Part shown: positions 26,577 to 39,689 of the stretch, in pieces | How the letters are laid out: every line of letters starts with the position of its first letter | How positions within the stretch are numbered: position 1 is the stretch's first letter | Notes under the pieces: generated by a model | What the model was told of the DNA's origin: nothing | Database searches by the model: none | Seen by the model: the letters and a program-made list of their open reading frames with translations, nothing else | Made by a program: the position numbers and the translations under genes | Assembly (NCBI GenBank): GCA_021613535.1 | Contig: CP075493.1 | Span: forward strand, 1,550,001-1,614,000 | Source of the DNA: Adineta vaga | Taxonomy: Eukaryota > Animalia > Rotifera | Direction: 5' to 3' | Length of the DNA: 64,000 nucleotides

Positions 26577-28095
26577 TTATCGTATAAGACCTGCTGGTAG
26601 TCCTTGAAGAATAGATGATCCTATTGCAGAAGAATTTTGCATACATTGCTGTTGCATACCTACTGTTGATGATTGCGCTGGACCAACAACTTGTCGAATA
26701 ACACGAATACCTCTTGGTTGTATAATATGCTAAAAAAGAAAGAAAAATGAACTTTTTTGTTTACGTAAAAAGATTAATGAATGTTAAATCGTCATTTTTT
26801 ATTTGTACTTTATAAAAAAATGTAATGCTATTTGATGATCCTCTTTAGCATAATTAACGAAAGAGGATAACATTATTTTAATGAAATTCTCTTCAGGGCA
26901 AATTAAATTCTAGTTAAATCTTCTATAACTTAATTACGATCTTGTCAAATCCAATGACAGATAAGTGCAATAACTATGTCATTATTCTACGCATGTTTAA
27001 CAAAAAAACATTATCTTTGACTTGACTGATCATCAAAGTTTAGATTTGAATGAATTCTCATATTTAGTTCGCAATAATAAAAGAAACCTATTCACGGAGT
27101 TTTATATGAAGTGATGAAATTCTATTTTCTGAAAATAAATTTCTACGAACTCGTCTCGTAGCATAAACGGGTACTAATTGTGGAGTAACTTGAGGTGGCC
27201 TTTGAATTATTTGTTGGTGTTGTTCTTTAGTACAAACAACAGCTGGTTGAGGACATTGTTGTGGAACTTGTCGAATAATTTCACGAACTAAACGTCGACA
27301 TGGAGCTGGTTGACATGTTTCACGTTTGATAATCACTTGACGAGGTTGTTCAGGAGGTGGTAAATATTTTTCATAGATTATTCTTTGTGGTTTAGGAGGA
27401 GGTGGTGGACATTGTTGAATAAGAACTAAATAGATTCGTAGGAAAAAGGAGTGTTCTATTTTATAAAATCGATGGCCTACCTTGTGGAGGTAAACACGAA
27501 GGTGGTAGATGTTTTTCAATTATAACAGGATTGCCTGGTGGGGGACATGGTGGTGGTTGTTCTCTAAATATATCTTTTGATCAGGAAAGATTTCAACAAC
27601 AACAAAAGAAGAACTTTACCGAACAACGATGGGTGGTGGTGTTGGTGGACGTAGTGGAATTTGTCGATAGATAATTGGCGGGGAAATTTCAGGTGGAGGT
27701 TGAATTTCTATAAAAGAAAAAGATATATGTTATTTTTATATGTGTGATAGATTTACATAGAAATTAAATTCACCTCGAACAATTATAGGCGCTGGTGGTG
27801 GAGGTGTGGGTGGTTTTAACCATCGAATATAGACATTCTGTTTGTACGTCAATTCTTGATTATTTGGTTTATAGATAACTTGAGGAGGAAGATTATGATC
27901 GAATGGATAGTTCTGAAGATATTCAGTATTAGGAATCGTAAGAGCTGATGACGAAGGAGGAAGATTATGGTTGAATTGATAATTCTGATGGTATTCAGTG
28001 TTAGGAATCGTGAGAACTGGTGGCGAAGGAGGACGTAGTAGGAATGGAGCTGAATTGCCTATATGATGAGTAGCAGTCATTGGACACGACATCAT
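26577..28095 (-). CDS. Pro/Gln/Cys-rich repetitive protein (YIRWLKPPTPPPPAPIIVRE type)
   Basis: Multiple exons alternating polyproline and I/V-I/V-R-E segments, ending in PAGLIR* at 26577. Internal duplication LTIPNTEYxQNYxFxHNLPP. Confidence 0.7.
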
Positions 28096-28285
28096 TGAAG
28101 TGAAGAGTGAGTCGAATTTATTATATCTAAAAAAACGGTGAAAAAATCACGAATAAAAACAATTTATTTTTGTTGTATTCGTATGAAAAAGATGAAAAAC
28201 GTTGTTTTTTTCTTATTGATAAGAAAGCTTTTAGAAATCTAATATATGTTGTGTTAGTTTTATTAAGAGTATGTAGCTTTTTCTT

Positions 28286-29408
28286 TCAAAGAGCATAACT
28301 ATAAGATGATACCAATGGATCGTCTACTACACAAACGGATTGTGATGCAAATGGTAAGGAACATTGTGTACAACATGATGTATTACATACCACACTTTCC
28401 TGTGGTAAAAACGAATTGTAAGAAGAACAAGGACAACAACTAGTATCAGCTGTATGTACAACAACAGTTGCCGGTGGATTAGAATAGTATACCTGTAATA
28501 TTTTAATGAGTTTGATCTTGCTATGAAAATTAATCAGCATAACTTACAGTAGGTTGTGGTGTTGGCGGTATTGATATAAGTGGTAAATTATTAATATGAT
28601 GCGAAATCATTGGCGATGATGTATATGGTTGATTAACAACTTGTAAATTTGGATTCGATAGAAGTCTTTGAACTAATTCATCTTCACATGAATTTTGTAC
28701 GCATACAGTCGTTCCTGTATTCGGCATTTGAATACAAGTAGGAGACGAGAGGACCTGATTGTCATTAACGAACATTTTCTGTTTGTGTTGTGGTAAAACA
28801 GTCTCTTGTTTAATGATCGTAGATGAAGGTGATCCTCCATTACAGATAGGCGATTGTGAATGACCTTCATTTATTTGTCCTTGCCTTTCCATCTGTTGTT
28901 GTTCGTAGTGATTAAACGCACGCATAAGTTTCAAAACTAGTAGACAAGCATCATCAGAACTTTGTGTAATAAATGTATAACACAATGCATTATCAAAGCC
29001 ATGAAAAACAGAAACAAATATTGGCGGACCAATGATATGTTGAGCATAACGATTTGCTAGATCAACATTTTCAAAATCACGTTGAAGAATTTGATCTGGA
29101 TTACGTTTATCCGATGGATCTCGTCGCAAACGTCTCAAAGCTCCACAATAAGCTAAATGTTCGACAGGTAAATGTAAAGTTCGATTTTTTGTATCCGTTG
29201 GTTCAAATGTAAGAAATTCTCCATTATCACTAATTGATAATGAACCTTCTTGGCCAAGAATATCCGCATCCGATCGTGCTAATTTTGCTCGTAAAATATC
29301 TTGAACTAAATCCGTTCCATCTGATGTTGCATAAAATGTTAATGGTTCAACGGCAATGAATTGAACAAGTAATGTTCGCCGTTCAAGATCCATATAACGT
29401 GAAGTCAT
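28286..29408 (-). CDS. PTB/PH-like domain protein with Cys-rich tail
   Basis: Long ORF with a PTB-like pattern (LSISDNG...LHLPVEHLAYCGAL...CYTFITQSSDDACLLVLKLMRAF). Phase-0 intron to a last exon with CCPC/CNTSCCTQC, then TGA and AATAAA ~20 nt downstream. Confidence 0.65.
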
Positions 29409-30612
29409 GAACGAATGAAATTTGATAAGATGAAAACAAACGAAATTCGAATTAATATTTAATCATTAACTACAAATATCGTTTATCGTACTATTTCGTT
29501 ATGGTTCGATTCACAAAGCAATATTGACAAAAAAAGAATAGTAAAAATGTAGAGAAAAGAAAAGAATATCATTCATTATCATCGTATGAAAGAAAACGAC
29601 TACTACGATACTAAATCGCTTTGACAAGGTTAACAAATATTTTGTTCCTTGACCATATTCTATTGAAGGCAATTTCACGGTATCATTTTTTTTTTCATTG
29701 AAGATTTATCAAAGAAATTTATTTTGTTATTCATGGTATTTAAAGAAAAACGATTTTTCTAATTAATGAAAAATATCATTAAATCATACAAATCAATCTT
29801 ATCAATGATGTAAATCATAACATACAAACATTATTGATTAAAGTGAAATAGAAGGATTTTCGACTGTCTCTTTGTGTTCTTAAGGAGTTTTTTAACTATG
29901 AAATTTTGTTTCCTATTCTCATCATTTTAATTTCTTCATTGTTGATTAGAATCTGTTACTATAAATAAATAAATAGGTTATAAAAGCCTCATAAAACACA
30001 GATAAATGTAGTAATAAATTGACATTTATTTTTATCTGCTATATTAATGAAAAGAAAAACAACTACGAACATAGATTGTGCTCATCTGGCAATGAGATTT
30101 CTCGAATTATTGATACGATCATTCGATCTATAATATTTTTTTTTTAAAAATATCAAATCTGACGGAAAACTCGAAAAAAAACAAGTGCCTTCTTCACTGT
30201 TCTATAAAAGAAAACATCATTTTCCCCTTTTTTTTCTATACAAACCTTATTAAAACATTGTCAATCTCATTAGTAACAATTCCGAATATAAAATAGATTC
30301 ACAAAAGAAAAATATTATTTTTATTCCATGTTCACATTATTCATTGATTTTTAACAAACACAGCTGGAAGTTATTTCAATTAATAGATGCTAAATAGTCA
30401 AATAATCAATCTTTTCTACAATCGATGTCGAGCATATTTTATATTCAATCAACAATATTTCTTGTCATTTGTATCACTAAAAGCAATTCTTATACTAAAT
30501 GAACTTCTCGAGATTTTACCCGCCGTGTATTATTCCTTTCTTTCTCTGTTTCTCTATTCCCCATTGAAAGAGAATAAGTTAGAAGAAAAATCAAACATTA
30601 TTGACGATCAAT

Positions 30613-31605
30613 ATGAATAATCGAACAGATACTTTTAATCAGAATTCTTCAAGTTTAGTAATAAATAAAATTCTATTTATTATTGTAATCTTTGTTAGTA
30701 TTCCAAGTATATTAATTAATCTATTTGCATCATATCGTCTTCATGGAAATACAAAATTGAGTGTCTTTGCATTTCGTTGTATTTTACATGTAAGTTTAGT
30801 AACAACATGTATTTGTATACCAATTTTTTCTATGGAATTATATTTTAATGCATATTTTCCATTTTCATTATTTCTTTGTAAAATCTGGTTAATTGTCGAT
30901 TATTCATCAGTTGTTTGTCTTGCTTTATTAGTCTGTTGGGCATCAATTCAACGACATATTCTAATATTTGGTCCAATACGTATAAAAAAACTTCAATCAA
31001 CATTAAGATTTAAATTACTACCGATTATATTCGCCTTAGGTTTTCCTTTAATATGGTATTCAATCTTAATCTCAACATGTACATATGAAAAACTCATAAA
31101 TAAAGATCAATATAAATGTCGACCATGTTTTGAAAATGAAAAAACAATCTTTTTATTTGATACATTGTTCAGTTTATTAGTTCCATTATTAATAACTATT
31201 ATAGCAACATTTCTTCTATTAATACGTATAATTCGTCTTCGTTTTCATTTATTTCGTTCGAATATAAAAAAATGGCGTCGTTGTAAACGTTTAACACGTC
31301 AAATGATTCTTTTTTCTTTGATTTATTTAATTGGTTTATTACCATATGTTCTAACGAATTTAAATTCTTTATATAATTTTTGGCCACTCATCAATCATTT
31401 CTCATATATACAAATAGCAAATACATTTACATATGTTCCTTGTTGTTTTTCATCATTTTTAAGTATCTATGCATTTCCAGAAATTTGGAAACAACGACGA
31501 AATCGACCACATCAAACTAGTTTACGAAAGAATCAAAAATATGAAGAAACATCATTAACATTACCATCGATATTTCTAACAACGAAAACATCGAGTGAAA
31601 CTTAA
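30613..31605 (+). CDS. Intronless divergent rhodopsin-class GPCR
   Basis: Seven hydrophobic segments, LCKIWLIVDY in TM3, ASIQRH in place of DRY, and N-terminal N-glycosylation sites. Confidence 0.82.
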   Translation: MNNRTDTFNQNSSSLVINKILFIIVIFVSIPSILINLFASYRLHGNTKLSVFAFRCILHVSLVTTCICIPIFSMELYFNAYFPFSLFLCKIWLIVDYSSVVCLALLVCWASIQRHILIFGPIRIKKLQSTLRFKLLPIIFALGFPLIWYSILISTCTYEKLINKDQYKCRPCFENEKTIFLFDTLFSLLVPLLITIIATFLLLIRIIRLRFHLFRSNIKKWRRCKRLTRQMILFSLIYLIGLLPYVLTNLNSLYNFWPLINHFSYIQIANTFTYVPCCFSSFLSIYAFPEIWKQRRNRPHQTSLRKNQKYEETSLTLPSIFLTTKTSSET

Positions 31606-32205
31606 GACATTTGAAATTGTAATTCTTTTTTTAATAATCAAATTTGATCTCTGAAGATAAAAAGAAGATTTTCTCATTATTGATAAAAAGAAAAACGACG
31701 GAAATGAGATGAAAAATTCTTAATCAATTTAGTTGATTATGTATTAGAGTTTCTTTCGTTGACAAATAAAAGAAAATATTCTGCAATTCGTACTTTTCTT
31801 TTATATTCATCAATCTAACATTCTCCTCGTACATCAGAATATCCACAACAACAAAAGCTAGTATTCATACATAGGTTAAGAAGAAGAAGAAGAAGTTGTT
31901 CAGCAACAAAACAACAGTAACAAATAAGCTCGTTTGATTCTGTTTTTTCTTTTCTTTTCTTCTCTGGATTAGAAAGTATGTTTTGCACACATACAAATAC
32001 ATATATATATATATAATTACAACAGAATACAAAACAAAATGTAATTCATTGACAGGAGGGTACAATTATTCTCTAGATAACATGAAATATAAAAAGAGAA
32101 CGATGAAGACACAAATCTGTCTACTAACAAATGAAGAAAGGAAAAAGAAATTGTATTTTGAGACATGTAATCATGAAAAAGAATATTTAATCAAACGAAG
32201 ATTTG

Positions 32206-32875
<670 letters not shown>

Positions 32876-33329
32876 CTAAAACAAGAAGAAAAAAAAAGAT
32901 TCGAACTTGTTGTTTTTTCTTTCCAAGGAAATATGACAGAATTTTTCAATTGGACTTTATCGAATTCTCAAATATGTATGATGGTTAAAAAATACTTTAA
33001 ATGTCAACATATTTTCTTTTCTTTCTATTGTTGAGATTTCCTTAAGAAAATACTCATCTCTCTCTCACATCACACACACTCGCTTTTTGCCACCATGAAT
33101 TGTACGTTACTATTGACAATACGTCAGAAAGAAACTCTCATAACTGCGCGCTTTGAATAAAGCGACATCAGATTAGAATTCTTTTCTACTTATTATTGGT
33201 TCCATGTCGAACCATTAATATCATGCAACATTTTTGTTTATTCTGTTCTGTTTCTCTCTCTCTTCTCTTCTCTTCAGTTGACTTGTTGAACAAGTCATTT
33301 CATTTACTACTCACTATATCAGTTAGAAA

Positions 33330-34322
33330 ATGAAAGTTTTACGGTTAGTTTTTTCTTTATTATGGATTATACAGGAATGTTATGGCGCTGGAATTATGGA
33401 TAATATTGTTTTTGCTGTTAATTGTGGAGGAGAAGCTCATACTGATACAAATGGTAAAAAGAGAGACAAAAAAAAACATTGATTTGAGATTATTTTGCTT
33501 TGTAGGTGTACGATATCGTAAAGATTATTTAAAAGCTGGAATAGCATCTGATTATGGTCGAAATTCTGATATATATCGAGTACCGAGAGAAGATATGATT
33601 CTTTATCAAACAGAACGTTATGATCTACAAAAATTTTCATATGATATTGATCTGACTGATGATGGAGATTATGTTCTTTGGATGAAATTTGCTGAAGTTT
33701 GGTTCAATGGACCGAATATGAAGGTTTGAATTGTGATATTATGTGAATTAAGATGAAAGAATTTGTGTCTTTGTTTTTCATAGGTATTTCAAGTTCTTCT
33801 CGATGATGAACATTCCGTTATTGATGAATTAGATATTTTTTCTAAAGCTGGCCGTTTAACAGCACATGATGAATATATACCATTTCAAATAAAAAATGGT
33901 CGTCTAGTTGTCAAAGGTCGTAGTTCATCATATTCAGGAAAATTACGAGTTACTTTTCAACGACTTGATCATCGTGATAATCCAAAAATTAATGCACTTA
34001 TTATTTGGCGTGGTTCAATCGATCGTAAGTTCGTTTTCTATACAAAAAAAAACATATTTCCTTCTTCTATTTCCTTTCAGAAATTCCTCAATTACCACCC
34101 ATTCCACAAATGGACTATACCGATGAACCATTAGATGAAGAAGAAGAAGGAGAAGCTTATGAAGAATCACCTGCTAGAGCTAGTAATATCAAACGTAATC
34201 TTAAAACAAGTGGACCAAAAATTCTTGATCCATATGCTGAAGATCAATCTAGTTCATTCATACCTTTATTAATAGCAGTAGCTATTATTTTACCAACTCT
34301 TTTTTGTCTTTGTAAACTTTAA
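33330..34322 (+). CDS. MLEC: Malectin (ER lectin, type I membrane protein)
   Basis: Signal peptide, AVNCGGEAHTD, ASDYG, LYQTERY, KFAEVWF, DNPKINAL, acidic stretch, SGPKILDPY, and C-terminal TM PTLFCLCKL. Confidence 0.95.
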
Positions 34323-35329
34323 ATTAATACTTTTGCTTTCTTCAAACATTCCGATTTATATATCAAGGCCGTCCATTCATACGAGAATGAATACATTGAC
34401 AATTTCTTTCTGCTTTCAACATTGCCTTTTTTTCATGTTCTCTGATATTAATCTCAAGTTTTTGTTCTCTTCTTTTGTGTGATATGATTGTTGTTTTAGT
34501 TAAGGTGCTTACTTGAACAGCAAATTTTTAGCTTTCTTTCGTTGAATGCAGTATTTATTTGTTAACTAACAAAATTCAATAAAATTTCATCAAAACTTAT
34601 CAAAATCTCATATTCATAGTAAAACATAGAGATATCGTGTTGTCTAGTTTCTTGTTTTAATTTTACATCTGAGAACATATACTGATGATAATTCTATTCA
34701 TCTCATTATTTTTAATCCTATTCGATGTTTCTTGATCTTTTGAATTGAACTTCGTTTTCTTCTATCTTATCATAAAAAGATTTTTCAACATTGATCTTTA
34801 TCAGTCGATGCGGATCTATTCTAAAAAAAAAGACGAAGTGAGATGTTGTCAATCGATCACTACAAAAAGAAATATTCGCATATATTTTATGACTCTTTCA
34901 ATTGTCAATTGTATAGAATCTTTCGATAAGTTTTCCCAAATACACAAACTTATGTGTTAGATATCGAATTGCCTTCGATCACACATTTTCAATTGGAAAA
35001 AATCGACCATAACAATTCTCATCGATTATTATTATTATTATTGTTATTGAATTTCATCGATTTCTATTAGCAAAGGAGCTCATAAAATAGAATAAGCTTA
35101 TATTCTCGTCATTAATTAATTGAGAAAAAGAGAAAGAAAACGAATTTTTTATTTTCTTTCATTCTGATTGGTACGAACGAATTTTCTCAAATGACGAATG
35201 CTCATTTCTCTCCTTCTCTCTTATGAGCAATATTAATTAATTTCTATCTCTTCAAATATAGAGCAAACAAACAGTCATTGCTCATTTTGATCTTTTGCTT
35301 AGGTGTGTATCGTTGTCAACAAGCAAACT

Positions 35330-36360
35330 ATGAATCCACATAATAGTGAGTCAATTTATTTAACGTAATTTGTTAGACAACAACTCACAGCTTTCATTCT
35401 CGAAAATATATCTTTTATGTTGTATTTAAATACGGACATTCTTTCGATCTATTTAGTCTATTATCAACAGCAACTCACTATGAATAAACAACAATTTCAT
35501 GATTCTGGTATTGTCGATGAAGGTCTTTCCGATGAAACAGGTTCGGTCGAAGATGGTTCAAATGATCGTTCTAGTAAGTATGGGTCAAATTGTGATACGA
35601 ATAATAAGATATATGTATTGTAGACGATAATGATATTCCGAAAAAACCCAGTCAATCGTATCTTGAAATAATTGCTGAAGCAATTTTGAAAGCACCAAAT
35701 CGTACAATGCAATTATATGAAATTTATGAATACTTCCAACGAAAGTAAGTTCATATCGGTGTGTTTTAGCCTTGTAAATGAAGATTCACATTTTTTTCCT
35801 TTCAAATAGATATCGATATTTTGCTGAAGATGTGAATAAATCGTGGAAAAATAGCGTAAGACATAATTTATCTTTGAATGATTGTTTTGTTAAAGCAGGT
35901 CGAGGGCATAATGGCAAAGGACATTGTAAGTATAATAATATATTCACGAGACGAATGGATTCAATGATTTTTTTAATTTACAGTTTGGCGAATTCATGAA
36001 TTGGCTGAAAGAGATTTTGAACAAGGTCGTTTTCGTCGACGTCGATATCGTCAACAGATGCAACAATTACAAATGCAATCATCAAGCTATGAAACTCCAA
36101 CGATGTCATCCTTCTATCCTACAAATTCCTACTACATGTCTTCACCACCTCCATCCTATCAGGCAATTTATCCATCATCCAATAATTCATCCGAACATCA
36201 ATCAATTAGTCCAATAGAATCTCCATCAGGCATGTCAAATTTCTATATGTCATCATCAACACCATCATCTTATCCCTATTATGATCCGTATTCAACATCT
36301 TACTATCCAATGCCAATGTCATATCCACCTTCGACTGAAACAATTCATTTTGATGCTTAG
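35330..36360 (+). CDS. Forkhead transcription factor, FoxQ2-like
   Basis: [15 protein letters not shown]...[32 protein letters not shown]...[10 protein letters not shown]. The GR..NGKG and DF..G.FRRR patterns are FoxQ2-like. Confidence 0.8.
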
Positions 36361-37118
36361 TAACTGTTGAAAAGTTTAATTTTTATTTTTGTGTATATGT
36401 TTCGTTCTCTCGAATAAATTCTCTACGTTTGATACTCATTAACTCGATGAGCATGAATGATTAGTAGAAAATCATGAAAAAGGACCATTAGTTAAGGAGA
36501 AATTTAACGATCAAATAATGTGTGAAATTGTGTCGATGTCGTCGACATGGAATTAACTGACTTATCGAACAGAAAAACATTTTGTTTAGACATTGTTATG
36601 ATACTTCACACATAATTCCAAACTATTGCTCAATGAAACAAACAACAGCAGGAGACATATCTGAAACGATTCATGTTTATAACAAAGATTAATCCGATTT
36701 TGTATGGAAGAACATATGAAAATAAGTTTAAATCATTTCACTGATTCGTACGATCGCGTGAACAAGTCTGATAGAATTATACACTCAAATATTTCCACAT
36801 TAGTCAATGTTATTCTGCTAAATCTCATTAAAATCAAATTGGTTTGTAATTATCAAATCTTCATTATGTACATCTATGACCATTGCTAATTATTTAACTC
36901 GTTTCAATAAAATAAAACCGATGAAAACTAGTTGAGAAGGAGAAGGAGTATTCGATATTGTTGTTTATTTCCTTGTGATCGAATCGAATAAACAGATAAG
37001 AGAAGATGTTTTTCTCAAATAATATTTTTTAATGTTGTTGTTGTTGTTTTTTTATTCTTTATTTCGTTTCATAAAAATCATCTCTGATGACAAAGAGAAA
37101 TCTAATAAAATCATTCAA

Positions 37119-38453
37119 TTAGATTTTGTTGAATGCAACAATATCAACGGATTGAACAAAGTCTTCGAAAGCAGTGATTTTTTCTTCAAGAAAATCGGTT
37201 CCAATCTAGATCGAGAAAATGAAAACATCATGATGAACAATATGTAAATATTTGAATATGAAATTACTTTATCATCTTCAACAACACAGCCAATTTGTAA
37301 TTTTTTCACACCGAAAGCGACTGGTAGCAATTTGGCTAAAATAAATCATATCAATCGTATGAAGAATCGCTTCGCGTTCTTTTCCTATTTACCTTGTCCC
37401 CAAATAAGACCATCAGCTTCGATTGATCTTACAGATTGTTCCATAGCTTGAAGGTCAGTTTCATCATCCCAAGGTTTGATATCAAGTACGATTGTACTTT
37501 TAGCAATGATCTTTTCTTCTACAAGAATAAAACAATTATTTATCACTGTGAATGAAGTAGAAATAAATGAATTACTCGTCGATTTCTTGGTTGCATATTC
37601 AGCTAATCGTCGTTTTGTTTCTTCAGTTTGTTCTTCATCATCGGAACCAAAAAGATCAATATCATCATCATCAGCCGCAGCAGGTGCTGGTTGTTTCTAC
37701 AAAAGAAAAAGACAGAATTTTATTCGTCTGTTAAACATATATGAAGAAAAAACTCGACTTTTCTTAATCTAAAGAGGGGACGGGGATTTGTCTTTTTAAC
37801 TAAATTCACACAAATATCTGACCGAACTAATCGTTTGTTTGTTTATTTCAAGTTGTTCCACACGTTGTTTAAGGTCATCAAGCATCTGTAAGATATTCTG
37901 ATGAGTTTTTTCAATTTGTGTCAGACGTTGTTCCGCATTCGTATCCATCGTTGTCGATGGTATTGCCGTTGGAGTAGTATTATGGAGAATTTTTCGAACG
38001 TCACGAATTTGTTCGCTTAAACTTGCCTGCAAGGTTTACGAGAAAGAGAGACCATATTTTTATATAAATAAATGCATTCCATATATGCAATATACAATGA
38101 CGATCAAAGATGACAAAAGGCAAGCAATAGGATACATACAACTTTGGGATGTGTGGGAGAAAACTTCATTCATAAACGAGAAAAAAGCAGGCGTAATACA
38201 AGCTCATGCTTATCTCCAATGTAAACTAACCTGTTCGACTGGTTTAGGTGCTTGAACTGTTTCGTGTTTTACTTCTCGTGTACATGAAGCTGTAGTAGCA
38301 CCTTGTTGTTTTTGATTCTATGCAAAGCAAAAGATTAGAAAAGAAATGAATCAAAAATGAGAAATTTACAAAAACTGTATAATGCGTTTGTTCAGCAAGA
38401 TCAACTTCATATTTTGGAAACCAAGTATTAACGTAGATTAAATGTTCGAGCAT
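37119..38453 (-). CDS. EEF1D: Elongation factor 1-delta
   Basis: N-terminal [11 protein letters not shown] motif, leucine zipper, [56 protein letters not shown]. Confidence 0.9.
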
Positions 38454-38593
38454 TTTTTGTAATCTTTTTTCGAAGACAAAGAATAGATCTAGAATATCAT
38501 TCAATCAATTATATACATTTTGTTTAAAACCTATGTGAAAAAAAATAGATCTGATGAAAGGAAAGAAAAAAGATCGTATTGATTTGGTTTTAT

Positions 38594-38989
38594 TTAAAGT
38601 TGAGCTAATTGTCCTTCAAGTTCTCTGACACGTTCACGACTTCGTTGTAATTCTGGATTATTTTTTAATTCATTCAATTTATTTCGTATACTTTCTGTTC
38701 TCATTGATGCTAAATTATAATCTAACCAAGATGCATAACATGAATCTTCATGGGGTAAACCGGATGAAATGCGTTCTAAACTGGCCACACTTTCATATAA
38801 TAAACTTTGTACACTTTGTGCATTTTCGGAAAAACTTCGAACTAATGAATCTGTTTGTTCTTTGATTGTTTGTTCCGAACTTAATTGTTGAACAATATTA
38901 CCAGCATTCCATAACATTTTTGTTAATTTATCTTCAGCTGTACGTAATTTATCAAGAGTATGAGATGTGGCATTGGTAAAGTCCGTCAT
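38594..38989 (-). CDS. MED11: Mediator subunit 11 (intronless)
   Basis: LWNAG...LS and SGLPHEDSCY match the MED11 pattern (LQNAG...TGQPHEGSSY). Length ~131 aa. Confidence 0.8.
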   Translation of the reverse strand: MTDFTNATSHTLDKLRTAEDKLTKMLWNAGNIVQQLSSEQTIKEQTDSLVRSFSENAQSVQSLLYESVASLERISSGLPHEDSCYASWLDYNLASMRTESIRNKLNELKNNPELQRSRERVRELEGQLAQL

Positions 38990-39286
38990 GGTTAAGAAAA
39001 AATAAATAATAATAATGTCGACGGGCAAATCTAGCGATGCTATATATAGCAAATCAGAAACAATGATTGGATGAAAAAACTTCTTATTCCATAAAATTTT
39101 TATAAATAATAATAAAAATAAAAAAACAATATTTCTTATTTTATTTTCTTACGAAATTAAATAACATACGCAATCATATATCATTGGTTCTTTCTTACAC
39201 CAATCCAAACGTTCGAAATATTTCAGTCATTTCATTATTCTACAAATCAAACAGCTATACATAATCATTCAGAATTGTGAAAGACA

Positions 39287-39619
39287 ATGGCTAAACATCA
39301 TCCTGATTTAATCTTCTGTCGCAAACAATCTGGTGTTGCAATTGGTCGTCTTTGTGAAAAATGTGATGGACGTTGTGTTATATGTGATTCTTATGTTCGT
39401 CCAACTACACTCGTACGAATATGCGATGAATGCAATTATGGTTCATATCAGGGTCGATGTGTGATTTGTGGTGGTCCTGGTGTATCGGATGCGTATTATT
39501 GTCGAGAATGTACCATTACTGAGAAAGATCGTGATGGTTGCCCAAAGATTGTTAATTTAGGAAGTGCTAAAACAGATTTGTTTTATGAAAGAAAGAAATT
39601 TGGATTTAAAAAACGTTAA
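39287..39619 (+). CDS. PHF5A: PHD finger-like domain protein 5A (SF3b subunit), intronless
   Basis: Near-invariant 110-aa sequence [14 protein letters not shown]...[27 protein letters not shown]. Confidence 0.99.
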   Translation: MAKHHPDLIFCRKQSGVAIGRLCEKCDGRCVICDSYVRPTTLVRICDECNYGSYQGRCVICGGPGVSDAYYCRECTITEKDRDGCPKIVNLGSAKTDLFYERKKFGFKKR

Positions 39620-39689
39620 TGATATTGTGAAATCAATAAATAGATATGTAATATTCAACTCTTTTTTTTTCTTGTTGTCTTTATTCTAG

